A stretch of 64,000 nt of DNA, taken from the NCBI GenBank assembly GCA_002633005.1, contig NMRA01000666.1, forward strand, positions 62,001 to 126,000. The letters run 5' to 3'. A program made the translations under genes and the position numbers. Source of the DNA: Phoronis australis (taxonomy: Eukaryota; Animalia; Phoronida). Every line of letters begins with the position of its first letter. Within the stretch, counting starts at the first letter, position 1. Positions 49,347-60,530 of the stretch are shown here, one piece after another. Under the pieces are notes generated by a model, which was not told the DNA's origin, did no database searches, and worked only from the letters and a program-made list of their open reading frames with translations.

Positions 49347-52300
49347 ATGGCAAAGAGTCTGAGAAGTAAGAGAAAGAGAAAGATGCGTGCAGTCAAGCGC
49401 GAGAAAGTCTATGGTCCAAAAGAACTGCATCGTCTGAAGCAGACTATTAGCAACTTGGCTCCTGCCGCGTTAGACACAGAAATGAGAGACCTTGTTACTG
49501 GTGATTACTTTTGAATAATTTGGAATAGTCTCTGGCCCATTGTATGAACCTGATAACCTGCAATTTACTTAAAATTTTAATTTATTTGTGATTGTATTGT
49601 ATTGTATTGTATTGTATGTGTCAAAGTTAACACCCATAGATAGGGTGAGCAAACCAATATGACGGAAATTCAGCAAGAGCGAAATTTTGCCATTTTTCAT
49701 GATTTTCACAAGCTCATATCTATTAGCATACTAAGTGGTGGAAAATGAAAAGTATGCCTGTGAAATATTTAATTCTTCTTCTTTCTATTGATATCCATTA
49801 CAAAAAAATTTGGGCATTAATGAGTATTTTTAAAAATTGAAGTAAAGCAAGCGCTTCACAAATTTTTCACTCACCGGTAAGTTCTTGTGACTTTCAGTAG
49901 GGGTCAAACTTTCAGTAGGGGTCAAACTTTCAGCTGTTAAATGGCCGTTACTGAACCGATTTTAATGATATTCATATCAAACTGTTTGCTACAAAATTCT
50001 GCTTTCAATCCTGAGTGTACACTTTTTATTTTCTTGACAAAAATATGAGAAAATATACATTTTTTAATTTATGGCCTCGCCACTCTCTCACCTGGAAAAT
50101 CCTGAAAGTGTACACTCAATGTCATAATCACTTATCATGCACTAATCCATTCCTGATCAAATTTTTTCACTTTATCTCACCATTTCCATTTAGGAACACT
50201 TCTAAAAAGGTAACTAGTCATTTTTCAAGAACCATGTTGTCCTTTTCAGGGTTCAAACTAAACTCGAACCTGATTGGTCAAACATATTCAACAGAGCCAG
50301 TCAAAACTTCTCTAAATTACAAAAGATGGTCCAAACCTGGTAAAATATTTTCATTAAAATAATATAGAATACTTTTAAAATTTAATTTACTTCAATTTTG
50401 GGAATTGAGTCATTTTTTTCTATTTTCTTCAAAAATATTTTTTGTTACACTTTACTACCTCGCTGTGATCAGTTTCATTTTTAGAAAATTACATATTTCA
50501 CCAAAATTAATGTCCAGTCAATGCTGCAGTGCATCAAACATTTTAGAATACAAATATGATCTTTTTGGAATGTCACCAACACAACACCTCTCAGTTTCTG
50601 TATTATTTGATAGGAATGAAATTGATTTAAAATTCGTTGAAATTTTAGGGTCCAATTTAATTTTGTTTAATTAAAAATGCATATAACCATTTTTTGTCAT
50701 TTGGTGTGCAACTTAAGATTGTGAAAACATTTATCTTACTTGGGAAAAAAGATTAATTTGCATAACCTCACAGGTTTTTAAGTAAATAACGAAATACTCT
50801 GAAAAAGACTAGTTTTCTGGTTTTTGCTCATTTTGAATTCATTTGTTATGCAAATTTCATTTTTAGAATTATTTCAAAATCTTTTGGAGTAAAAGAAACA
50901 TGTTCACTAAACCATAGTAATTCTTGAAGTGTTTTGTCATTTTCAACGTAATAAGTTGATGGTGAATTTTTCAATTTTTGTTGTTCTTGTTCGTGCAAAA
51001 TATAATAATTTGTGGTTTGGTGTCTATGCCATGTTGTTAACCTACTTGCAAAGGACTGTCCATCTTGTTTTAACAACACTGTGAGCTATGGATTCCCAAA
51101 TATAGTTGTCTAAACTTGCCATTTTCTGTGGCCTAAAATTTCCGGGTGCCGTTTGCTGAAAAAAAGGCCATTTTTGAGGCTCTAAAATTCAAATAACTCG
51201 AGAACCGCCAAATCGATTTGAAAAATTCAAAAAGTTGTATAAACGGCATGTCTAAAGCTATAATTTAACACTCTTTTCAAGTGTTTCTAGTGAAATTTGT
51301 ATTTGGTTTTGCTCACCCCACCATAGATACATACAGAGAGAGACTTGACGTTCTACTATAAAAAGCCACAGAAGCCTGAGTCTCATGTTGTGCCATATTG
51401 TTGTGTGGAAGCTAACTGTAGACAAAGTACCGTGGTTGTAGGTGGATAAGAGACTTTGGTATATTAAATGCTAAATATTGTGAATTAGGAACAAATATGC
51501 TACTAAGTATTAGCAGGATACTTAATACTTAAATTAAGAAATTATGAGGATTTTGGTTCTTTTAATTTAAAATTAACCCTAAAGCAATATCACTGATAAT
51601 AGTACGAAAATACTTGCATTTTGGCACCAGTTCCATCATAATCGACCCAACTGTGTCAAAGTTAGATCTATTAAGACCACCGGTTTGCACTGTCAATAAC
51701 TGAGTGTTATCGTGCACAAACTAAGGAGACAATTTTCTTGAATTTGCACAAAGTAGAACGACAAATGCCAAAAATATTTCTGATCTCCATTTCTAGTACA
51801 AAAATTAGACCCAAGACCCAGATGAAGTGAGTATGAACAATTAATTATTTTTGTCAAATATTTTGAAATGTTTAGTTTGATGTCAGTCTCTGGCCTAGTG
51901 CATGCAATGTGCATAACTTAATTTGTTGTTATTACTATTGAGATTCATAACATGCATAATACAAGCACTCAAAATAGTTAACTCTGTATGCTGTATAACA
52001 TGTTCATGTTGTATACCACAGGGAAGTCTTTATAAAGAAGCTCGTTTACACACTCAGATAGATCTCCACTTGATCTTTTCTTCAGAAACTGTTCAACACT
52101 CAGTGGTCAATTTTTTGCACGTGCGCTATTGAAATTGTATGCCCGCGATTCTTATGAGTCAATTTTCTCGCAATGTGGTACTGTTAAATTCATGACTAAA
52201 AGTTGGTGTGTATTTTACTCAATATTGTTTTAATATGTCATAATGCCGAAAATATTTCTTAGCCATTTAATTTCCCATAGCTAGGCCTCGAGTGGGATTT

Positions 52301-53397
52301 AGAGGAATTGTCGGACCAGGCGCACCCAAATAGTAGACAGTTCCTCCAAATCTCACGATGGGCAATGAAGTTTTCAAACCCGCTAAACAACAATGAAAAT
52401 ATTAATTCAACCTTCGTTTTGCTTGATGATGGTCGTCCCTATATGCTGTGGATTAATCCACACGTGCGAGAATTTTCTATATAACATCACAACATGCTCG
52501 TTGCATTTTGCCGTCAAATTTATACATTTAGCTTTGATTAACTAAGGGCTGTTCCACCAAAATCTGTGTGGGAGGGGGGGAAGGCAACTGAAATAAAAAT
52601 TTATGGGTGGTTGCGTTTGACTTAAATTCAAAATGGCTGGTGGTCGTACTTCAAAAAAATTAAAATTTACAGGTCGTTGTTGTTTCATTGGGCCATAAAT
52701 GTTTGATGGTGGGTAATTTTAGTAAATTTTAAAAACAATCTGCACAGAATCAAAAACTGAAACAAAAATGCAACTTGCAAAGAGCTCAGACTTTTTCACT
52801 ACCTCCGATCTCCTCATCGGCATGCCCATAACACCATTTAACCACAGGTGCTCGAATTTCTCGATGGCTAATAACCATATATAAGAAACATATGTTTTCT
52901 TAGTAATTAATGACGTTAGTGGTGATGGAGGAACAGATAAACTCAAGCGCCTGTGCAGTCAACCACAAGAACAAAAAAAAATTACGGGTGGTTGCATTTC
53001 AAACTTATAAAAAATTACGGGTGGTAGGCTGAAGAAATAAATGAAAAATATGGGTGGTGGGTGCGAAAAAAAGGTGCCTTCCCCCCCCCTCCCATACAGA
53101 TTTTACTGGAACAGCCCTAAGTATAAGTTTGTGAAAGTACCAATTTGTTCAGCAGTTACTGTCAAATGCTCATTAAATACGAGTCATAAAGCTCATTTCT
53201 CTGCTCATTTCTCAGTGACAAGTGCAGAAGAAATCCAAGAGAAGATGGATCTCGATTCAAAATATGACAAGAAAACGAAAAAGGATGAAAATGGACACTA
53301 TCCACCTTGGATGCACCAGAGGGCCATAAAGAAACTGAAGGCAGAACTAAAGCGAAAAGATAAGAAAAAGAAAAAGAAAGGAGGGAAAAAGAAATAA
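49347..53397 (+). CDS. LLPH: Protein LLP homolog (LAPS18-like), 2 coding exons (49347-49500, 53216-53397), 111 aa
   Basis: MAKSLRSKRKRKMRAVKREK..KELHRLK, then DENGHYPPWMHQRAIKKLK and a Lys-rich tail; phase-1 intron G|gtgatt..ctcag|TG; acceptor upstream of the ATG at 49342; AATAAA near 53990. Confidence 0.92.
49641..51320. mobile_element. 1.68-kb non-autonomous hAT-like element with an apparent 7-bp TSD (CCATAGA) in the LLPH coding intron
   Basis: Imperfect TIR TAGGGTGAGCAAACCA / TGGTTTTGCTCACCCCA; ccataga flanks both ends; AT-rich interior with no transposase ORF. Confidence 0.8.
52546..53117. mobile_element. PIF/Harbinger (Tourist-like) MITE
   Basis: TAA TSD; ~40-bp TIR GGGCTGTTCCA..AAATCTGT..GGGAGGGGGGGAAGGCA / TGCCTTCCCCCCCCTCCCATACAGATTTTACTGGAACAGCCC; internal gggtggt subrepeats. 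Confidence 0.85.
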
Positions 53398-54365
53398 CTG
53401 TGGCAGAAAGAATTTATTTTTGTAAAAATATTTGGAAGCCTGTTCTTGCAGCTCAACTTGCCTTACAAGACTGTGCAAGTTGGTGCCTGTGAACCGTTAG
53501 TGTTGGCTCATGGCTTGTTTCCTTAGGGAAGGAACATTTTTATGGAATGTGCAAGTCAGTAGAGCAGTTTTTTTGTTGCCAACTCTGTCTTGCATCGTAA
53601 TAGTTCATAAAAATTATGACAAATGGGTGGAGCAGCTCACAGCAGGACCCAGGGTTTAATCTTCTAACTCAGATTTGAGTTGGTCCCAACCATGCTGCAC
53701 TATTCAAGTGCAAATTTGTAGATCAGTTCAACTTGTCATTTTTTGAGCGGAGTTCTGAGTACACAAATTAGACCCAGGGCCCAGGTAATGACCAAGTGGT
53801 GATACATCACAACTGATCACTCCTGCATCGATAATTCGAATGCCTTTTGAACAAGACGTTACCTTGTACATGCAGTGAGTGGACGCGTAAGGAAAAACTT
53901 GTCTTTAATTAAGGTGCAAAGAAGCCATTTCTGGAACATGACTTATTACCTTCAGTATCTTTGTTAACAGAGATTGGAACATCAGATTCAATAAAAAAAA
54001 CTGCCAACTCATGGGTAATGCTACCTTTTTAGTTCATTTTTGTTTCATAACAAGGACATACATTGGAATTTGTCATTATTTGCTTCCTTTTAAGTTAGAG
54101 AATCTATGAATGTGAGAACGCAGACTGAGGTTGTTCGAAAAAGACATTGTTTGTGCACCCCTTGGCTACTTCTTCAGGGTCATCGTTATAGTTACGAGTT
54201 GAGTGGCATAAATCTGGATAGATCATTGAAGGGGATTTGACATTTTTTGTGTTATTGACGTGATGTTATTTTAATGGAACTGTGTGTAGATCATAGTGTG
54301 GAGGTATTTGCTTTAGATGAAGCACCTCAGTCGCCAAGATTTCAACAGGTGCACAGAGTTATAGT

Positions 54366-54854
54366 CAGGGCTTGGAATTTTCCGCGGAAACACGGATTTC
54401 CGCTTTTTTGAAATGTGCTTTCCGCTTTTTTTATAATATTTCCGCGTAAAAAAATCGGATTTGATATGAAATTTCCGCGGCAAATTCCTTTCTTACCGCG
54501 GCGTTGCAGACGACGTTCACCTCGGAAAGCGGAAGTCTTTATGTTTCGGAGGAATGTAAATTGTCAACATTGCCGGGGCATCTGGGTAAAGCGTGGTGTG
54601 ATTTTCAATGGCGGCTCGTGTTGTTAAGCGCGGCGCCAAATACTACCGCTCTGCAGCCAAATTTGTGTGGGTTGGGAGTGGACGGGCGAGCTAAAAGGAC
54701 GCAGATGCATGCTACTGATGGTGGTTTTTTTTTTTTTTTTTTTTTTTTTNTGTCGCGGAAAGGTTCACATTGACCATTTCAAAGGCTGGTTATCGGGCAT
54801 GATTTGGGCCGTAAAAGTTTCCGCGTTTTTTGTCATTGGTCATTCCAAGCCCTG
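54366..54854. mobile_element. Non-autonomous hAT-like element, copy 2, 6-bp TSD TATAGT
   Basis: TIR CAGGGCTTGGAAT / ATTCCAAGCCCTG; tatagt on both sides. Confidence 0.88.
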
Positions 54855-56662
54855 TATAGTTCAAATTTGAGTAATCAAACCCACCCCTCCCCGCACATGT
54901 TGCAATCCCTTATAAGTTTTCCACACAACCCTTTGTGTATCATGTGACTGGTAGTGTCTATATAAGGCGGAGCTTACCAGTGTTTTCTCAGCTAATGTAT
55001 AACTGAAAGTCCTTGCTGAAAGACTGTTGTACATTCATGTAATTTGTATGTTTAGGGTTTATTTGAACTAATCACAACAGTAACATAAACCATGTAATGC
55101 ATAAACATATTAAATACATGTATTATTACTATAAGTTACCATGTTTGCAATTTTCCATCCGTCAGAGTAATCGTTCTTTACTCCCTAAACACAATGTTAT
55201 ACCGAAAGTTGAAAGTGAACTACACGATGTACAAAAAGTGAACAGTTTTTACATAAATTACAAAAAACAATTCATCATCTGTCCCACTAAAAGCATATCT
55301 ATGGGTTATTTGAAAGCAAGAAACCCGACATGCTCCTGCGTATGTATTTGTTGTGTATTAATTAGACATGTTTGCCACTATATAATTGGCAACCATGAAG
55401 AGATTGATAGGTTTTGAAATTTAACGAAGTTACAAGAAAGCTTCATCTACAAGACATTACTGTAGCCATCCATTTCTTAGGCAAGTTGATACAAATAACC
55501 AGTAGGTTTCTCAGATGCTGTTTGTTTGTAGAGTACTGGACACAGCAGCGGATCAAGATAAATTTCAAGACAATTGCAAGATTAAATTCCACTTTTCAAC
55601 AATGTTGCATTCATCTGATTTGGAGAGGGTTTACCAGACATATTCCAACACTAGAGAATAACAAAGACAAAAAATCAGTCTACGGGGCGTAATAGGATCC
55701 TTTTGTCCACTGCTATTCCAGCTAAGATTCTACATCCCAAGGTAGGAGCTGCAGTATGAAATTCTGACCCTCACACATGCGCCGCAAATGCATGCCCTGA
55801 ATTTGCGGGTCTGCTATTAGTTTTAAAGAGCCACTGTTGTGGAATCATTTCCTTTTCTCAAGATTTTCAGCAAAAAATTCATGGTTATCTTAAATTCTTA
55901 GTAATGTGGTCTGCACTGTACACTCTAGTCATAAAACAGCAACTGGGGGAGATTAAATTATTTGTAACAACTGAACATAGATAATTATTTTTCAGCAAAA
56001 TAACTGATGAATTCTATTTCATATTTGTCAACACCACAAGTAATACATCCAAAGGACAGTTCTGAGCATTCAATTGGACATCAAGAGTAAATAGTACACA
56101 CTTGGACAGACTAGTATTGTTAAGAAATGAATGCATTTCTCACATTTCAACCAGCTGAATACTGACTTCACGAAGGACAGTGGTGAAATGGAAACCAAGC
56201 CCTCCATCACCATTTCCACATCTATTTCCTAGCTGTAGACATGCTTTAGCCACACTGACTGGTACAGTACAAGCCAAAAGTAATAGGACAAAATGACGGT
56301 TCCCTTGACGACGGCTAATTCTAGTCATCACTGTTACAATTAAGGCAAAATTCTTGTCGCAAAACGTCTAAGCCACTTGACGAACTCTCTTCTCAATTTC
56401 CCTTCATTCTTCGTCATCACAGGGAACTGCGATTACTTTGTCTGAATACTTATGGCAAGTAATGTACTGATCAATTTGAACATATCCAATGGTGACAAGG
56501 CGAACAAACGTTATCCATTCCTCTGAAAGCCATGCTCTTCAAAAGCCATTATGACCGTGTTATGGCGTCGGTCGCCGTACAAACTGCTGAATATCTATCA
56601 GACAAGAGTAGATCTCGAAATGTTCCGTCAGTCTCTCTAAGTTTTCTTGCTAGTATGACATT

Positions 56663-56712
56663 TCACCGACTCCCCGACTTGGAATGCTGGATCAACCACT
56701 GGAGTGTTATAT
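56663..56712 (-). CDS. ARL8: ARL8 terminal coding exon, 50 nt
   Basis: ttgcag|AT ATA ACA CTC CAG TGG..CGG TGA. Confidence 0.95.
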
Positions 56713-59700
56713 CTGCAACAAAGCAATACTGCATAAGCACGCGAGTTGAGTTAACACTAAGTATTAAATAGCTTAAGTTTTGCATAAAAGAACCAAAAGT
56801 GTTGGAATAAATAAAAGCGAGACCGCACATCCCGGCATCACAACTAGTTTAACCGTGACGTTGGGACACACATGTATTTCAATGGCAAGTTTTCTTTTTC
56901 ATTTCAGTTTGATTTTGCTTTAATTGTCAGAAGTAAGATGAGTTAACATGTTGTTAGTAAGTTTAGAGCTATTGCACTGTCTGTGTGGAACTCGTACTCT
57001 GTACTATTTCCCAGCAATACCAAGTTCTCTCTTTATTTTAACTCACAAATTGTATTGCATTATCACTTGTTCTGTCCCTAATCAAGGTTTAGTCGATATC
57101 AGCAGCTATCCAGTGCCCTCCTGATTTGTAATCGGGTACATATCTTTTATAATGACAAAAAGGTGATGACCAGTAGCTGAACAGTCCAGGAAGTGTTAGA
57201 GATACAATTGTGAAAATGGTCAAAATTTAAAAATCTCCAACAAGAAAAACCTTACAGCTCCCAGAGCGTGCGAAGCCATTTTTCAAACCATGGTTTTGGT
57301 TCACGTTTTGCAGGGGGATGGATGGGAACCTGTATATTTTGGTTCTTTAGACACGGTCAAGAGTTAGAATCCTTAGTTACATGTGGCATCACTACGAACC
57401 AGATCGAGACAGTTCACTAATTTCTTTCCAAGATTAACCATTGTTAACTCAATTTACTCAAGCCTGAGCTTGGCCACTTGCGCATGACCTAGATAGTGAT
57501 GCCTGAGATATCATTAATGGCACAAAGCACACTTTCAGATGCCACAAATTTGTCAACTTCAAAACATTAATTAAAACCAGCCAACTTTCCATCATAAAAG
57601 ACAACCAATTGGAGAAATGGAGTCAATCTGTTAATTGGTCAAACTGAAGATGATTTCAGGGCTTTGAAAAAACCAAAAGACCTTTACTGCTTCCTATCAG
57701 ACTGTACAAGTTGGCTTGTCACGTGTCGCCATTTTATGCAGCAAGCATGTTCTAAATGAATGATACGACTCAGTTCTTAGCAAACTCAGAAACCACTTTT
57801 CATCTATTTAAGAAACAAAATGAGACTAATTTTAAATGGTAAGTGGTCTATATCAAGAGCTTACTTCTTGGACAGAACCCTGCTTTATTGTCAAATTAAG
57901 CAAATTTTGACAGTTTCACAACTCAAAATGCCTACAAGGATCTTCTTGTCACGAGTGAAAAGTGTTGAAGAAGTTAAAAACCCGCCTTTCAACACGAAAA
58001 ACGATGTCTACTTTAGACGACTTACCATCATAAACTTGGTCTCAAATTGTTCCTTAGTCAAATTGAAGGTGGTTTCATGGCTTTGAAAAAAAAACAGCGA
58101 TTCGTTATTGCTCGAGAATAGACTCTACATGCACTGAGCATGGTTTTGAAGAATAACAAATTGTCAATTCTTTGCAAAAACAGAAATCGCTTCTCATCCA
58201 AGTAAGAAACAAGTTGAGACCAATTTTATAGCATCAAGCAGTCCAAAATCAAAGTTCATCTCTTGGATGTACTGCTGCTTCATAGTTTATTTAAAACTTG
58301 TCTAACCTCAGAACATAAACCTGCATCTCATCCAAAGATTCAACTTTTGAATGTACACCACTTACCACATATTGGTCTTAACGTGATGAGAATTGATTTC
58401 TGGGCTTCCAAAGGACGGACAGTTTAACATTCCTTGAGACCATGCTTAGTATAACCAATGACACCATGGCAAGCTAACTTGTAGGTAAATAATCAATTGT
58501 TAAGTTTTTTGAAGCCCTGAGATCACCTCCATTTTTACTAAGGAACAATTTGAGGCCAATTTCACGATGGTAAGTGGTCTGAACCAAAAGTTTTTCATGA
58601 CAGAAGGGTTTGTACTAATTGTCACTTTAAATGGCCGCATACCTATATTGTCTTTTTCTTTGCAAGATATTGAGTAACAGCATATTTCCCGGTCTTGGAT
58701 AGCCGATAAATTCCTGGAAAAGAGCAGGTCATTGCGCACATTTAATGACTCCGTCAAATCTACCAGCAGTGAATTATATTAGTACAAGCCAAATATATCT
58801 GGTAAAGTGGCTTTTACTGAAATGGCTCCTTATTTCAGCTACTTTGGCAGCGAATAATGCTGGTGATCAGCTGTCATGCCGGCAAACTTTGTTTGCGCTC
58901 AGTCATAACGTGGAATTCCGGATCATTCTGTCCAATCAGTTTTGGAATTTGCATGAAACACTTGACAGAATGTTCCGTAACCCATGCAGTAGGCTAACAA
59001 GCAGTTCACCAACCCTGAATCCAAAGTGTTAGAAGCCTGTTTATTTTGAATGTAACATTTAGTGTGAGTCGTACATATATCACACTCTCATTACTTCAAA
59101 TATTGACATGCATGTGTTAAAATTCCGATTGCATGAAGGAATGTATCTACAAAATGACACGCCGAATAAAACTGCACAGAAATCAAGAACTTTGTATGTA
59201 TTTGCCAGACCTGCACAAAAATCCTACAAGTTCGATTTGAACTCTAACTTAGAGTACATAGATTGAACTAGATTGAGTAATTTGAATCTAGCTGTTATCG
59301 ACCTTGGATTATGTACAATCTTCCAAATCATTACGTACTCATACAAAAATCAAAGACGCATTCAAAGCTTCTACAAAAGTAGGACAGGAAAAGGTCAAAA
59401 CTTAGATGGAGGTCGAGCCCAGGTAATATATTTCGGACCCTGTAATACTTATGTTCCCTCACCTCTTTCCAATGCATACTTACATGCGTTCAGTCAGCTC
59501 TTTTTCACCTATTCCTTTCACACACCACACTCACACTCACTTTTTCAATTTCTTTTCACCAAACCCTCCACAGCCCATACACACAATCTATTTTATCATT
59601 CATATTTCGTCTAACCCCACTACACACCCTATTCACATGCATTTATTGGTCTCTAATACACTGTATCGTCTAACCGTTCTCCACCTCAAACTCACATGCA

Positions 59701-60530
59701 TCAGTCCCTAACTTCCTCTAACACCTCTACACACCCTACTCACATCCATTCTGTCGGTCCCTAATATTCTCTAAACCCTCTCCACTTCAAACTCACAGTC
59801 CCTAATTTCCCGTCAACCCCCAACACACCCTACTCACATGCGTTCTATCAGTTCCTTTTCGTCTAAAGCACCGGGCAAGTCACGCTTGTTGCCTAGCACA
59901 AGTATGGGAATGCCCTGAAGCTGCGGCTTGTCTAGCAGACTGTGTAGCTCATTCCGTGATGCTTCTATCTTCTCATGGTCGGCCGCATCCACCATGTAGC
60001 TACAACAGATACGTGCACATTTATTATTAGACAGACAGACCTCAACCAAATACCAAGTACCCAACTTCATCATGGAAGAAGGGGTGAACACTTGAAATAT
60101 GAACACTTGAAATATAAACACTTGAAATATGAACACTAAGCCCATTCTTTCAATAAGAAGTCAATGTCAATGGAAAACAATCTACACCACAGTAAAATCC
60201 TACCGATTTAGGATGCAATATGACAGACAAGTGAAATTTTAATTCCTCATTTTTTCACAAAGGATGTGTATAATCGACTTAATACTTTACTAAATCGCTA
60301 TTTGCCTACCACTAAATGTGTCCTGAATTCACCAGATTTTATCAAAATGTTCTGTGAAAATGAGAAAGCCCTATTACCACAACTTCCTTGACAAAGTGAG
60401 ATATCATGAATGACTGTTTTGGATACCACTAGTAAAACCCACTGCAGCATGCTTACACAATGGCGTTAACTCCTCGGCAGTATCTTTCCCACATACTACG
60501 GAATCTTGGCTGTCCTCCGATATCCCACAA
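56663..60530 (-). CDS. ARL8: ADP-ribosylation factor-like GTPase 8, 3' part (four exons); N-terminal exons not found in the window
   Basis: [25 protein letters not shown] / [54 protein letters not shown] / [23 protein letters not shown] / [16 protein letters not shown], near-identical to metazoan ARL8; all introns GT-AG with compatible phases. Confidence 0.96.
57600..58615. repeat. Degenerate array of a ~70-110-bp unit in alternating orientation in the last ARL8 intron
   Basis: The core cttaccat..aa(c/t)t(t/a)gtctca..ttgtt(c/t)ctta..ga..gtggtttc occurs on + at about 57620, 58020 and 58360 and on - at about 57810, 58200 and 58540; a related copy lies at about 16590-16660. Confidence 0.6.
58643..58713 (-). 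CDS. ARL8: ARL8 exon (CYSISCK), 71 nt
   Basis: ttccag|G AAT TTA..ATA G|gtatgc. Confidence 0.95.
59470..59860 (-). repeat. Degenerate tandem repeat derived from the ARL8 exon end and 5' splice site
   Basis: acaccctactcacatgcgttctatcag (true junction) recurs as acaccctactcacatccattctgtcgg, acaccctattcacatgcatttattgg, aaactcacatgcatcag and tacttacatgcgttcagtcag. Confidence 0.7.
59838..59999 (-). CDS. ARL8: ARL8 exon (G4 motif NKRD), 162 nt
   Basis: tgtag|C TAC ATG..CGC AT|gtgagt. Confidence 0.95.
60085..60137. repeat. 15-bp tandem repeat, about 3.5 copies (TGAACACTTGAAATA)
   Basis: Directly visible; it produces the spurious VFIFQ repeats at the start of the ORF-track entry 59834-60145. Confidence 0.85.
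60457..60530 (-). CDS. ARL8: ARL8 exon (G3 motif WDIGG), 74 nt
   Basis: ttcag|TTGTGGGAT..ATTGT|gtaagc. Confidence 0.95.
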
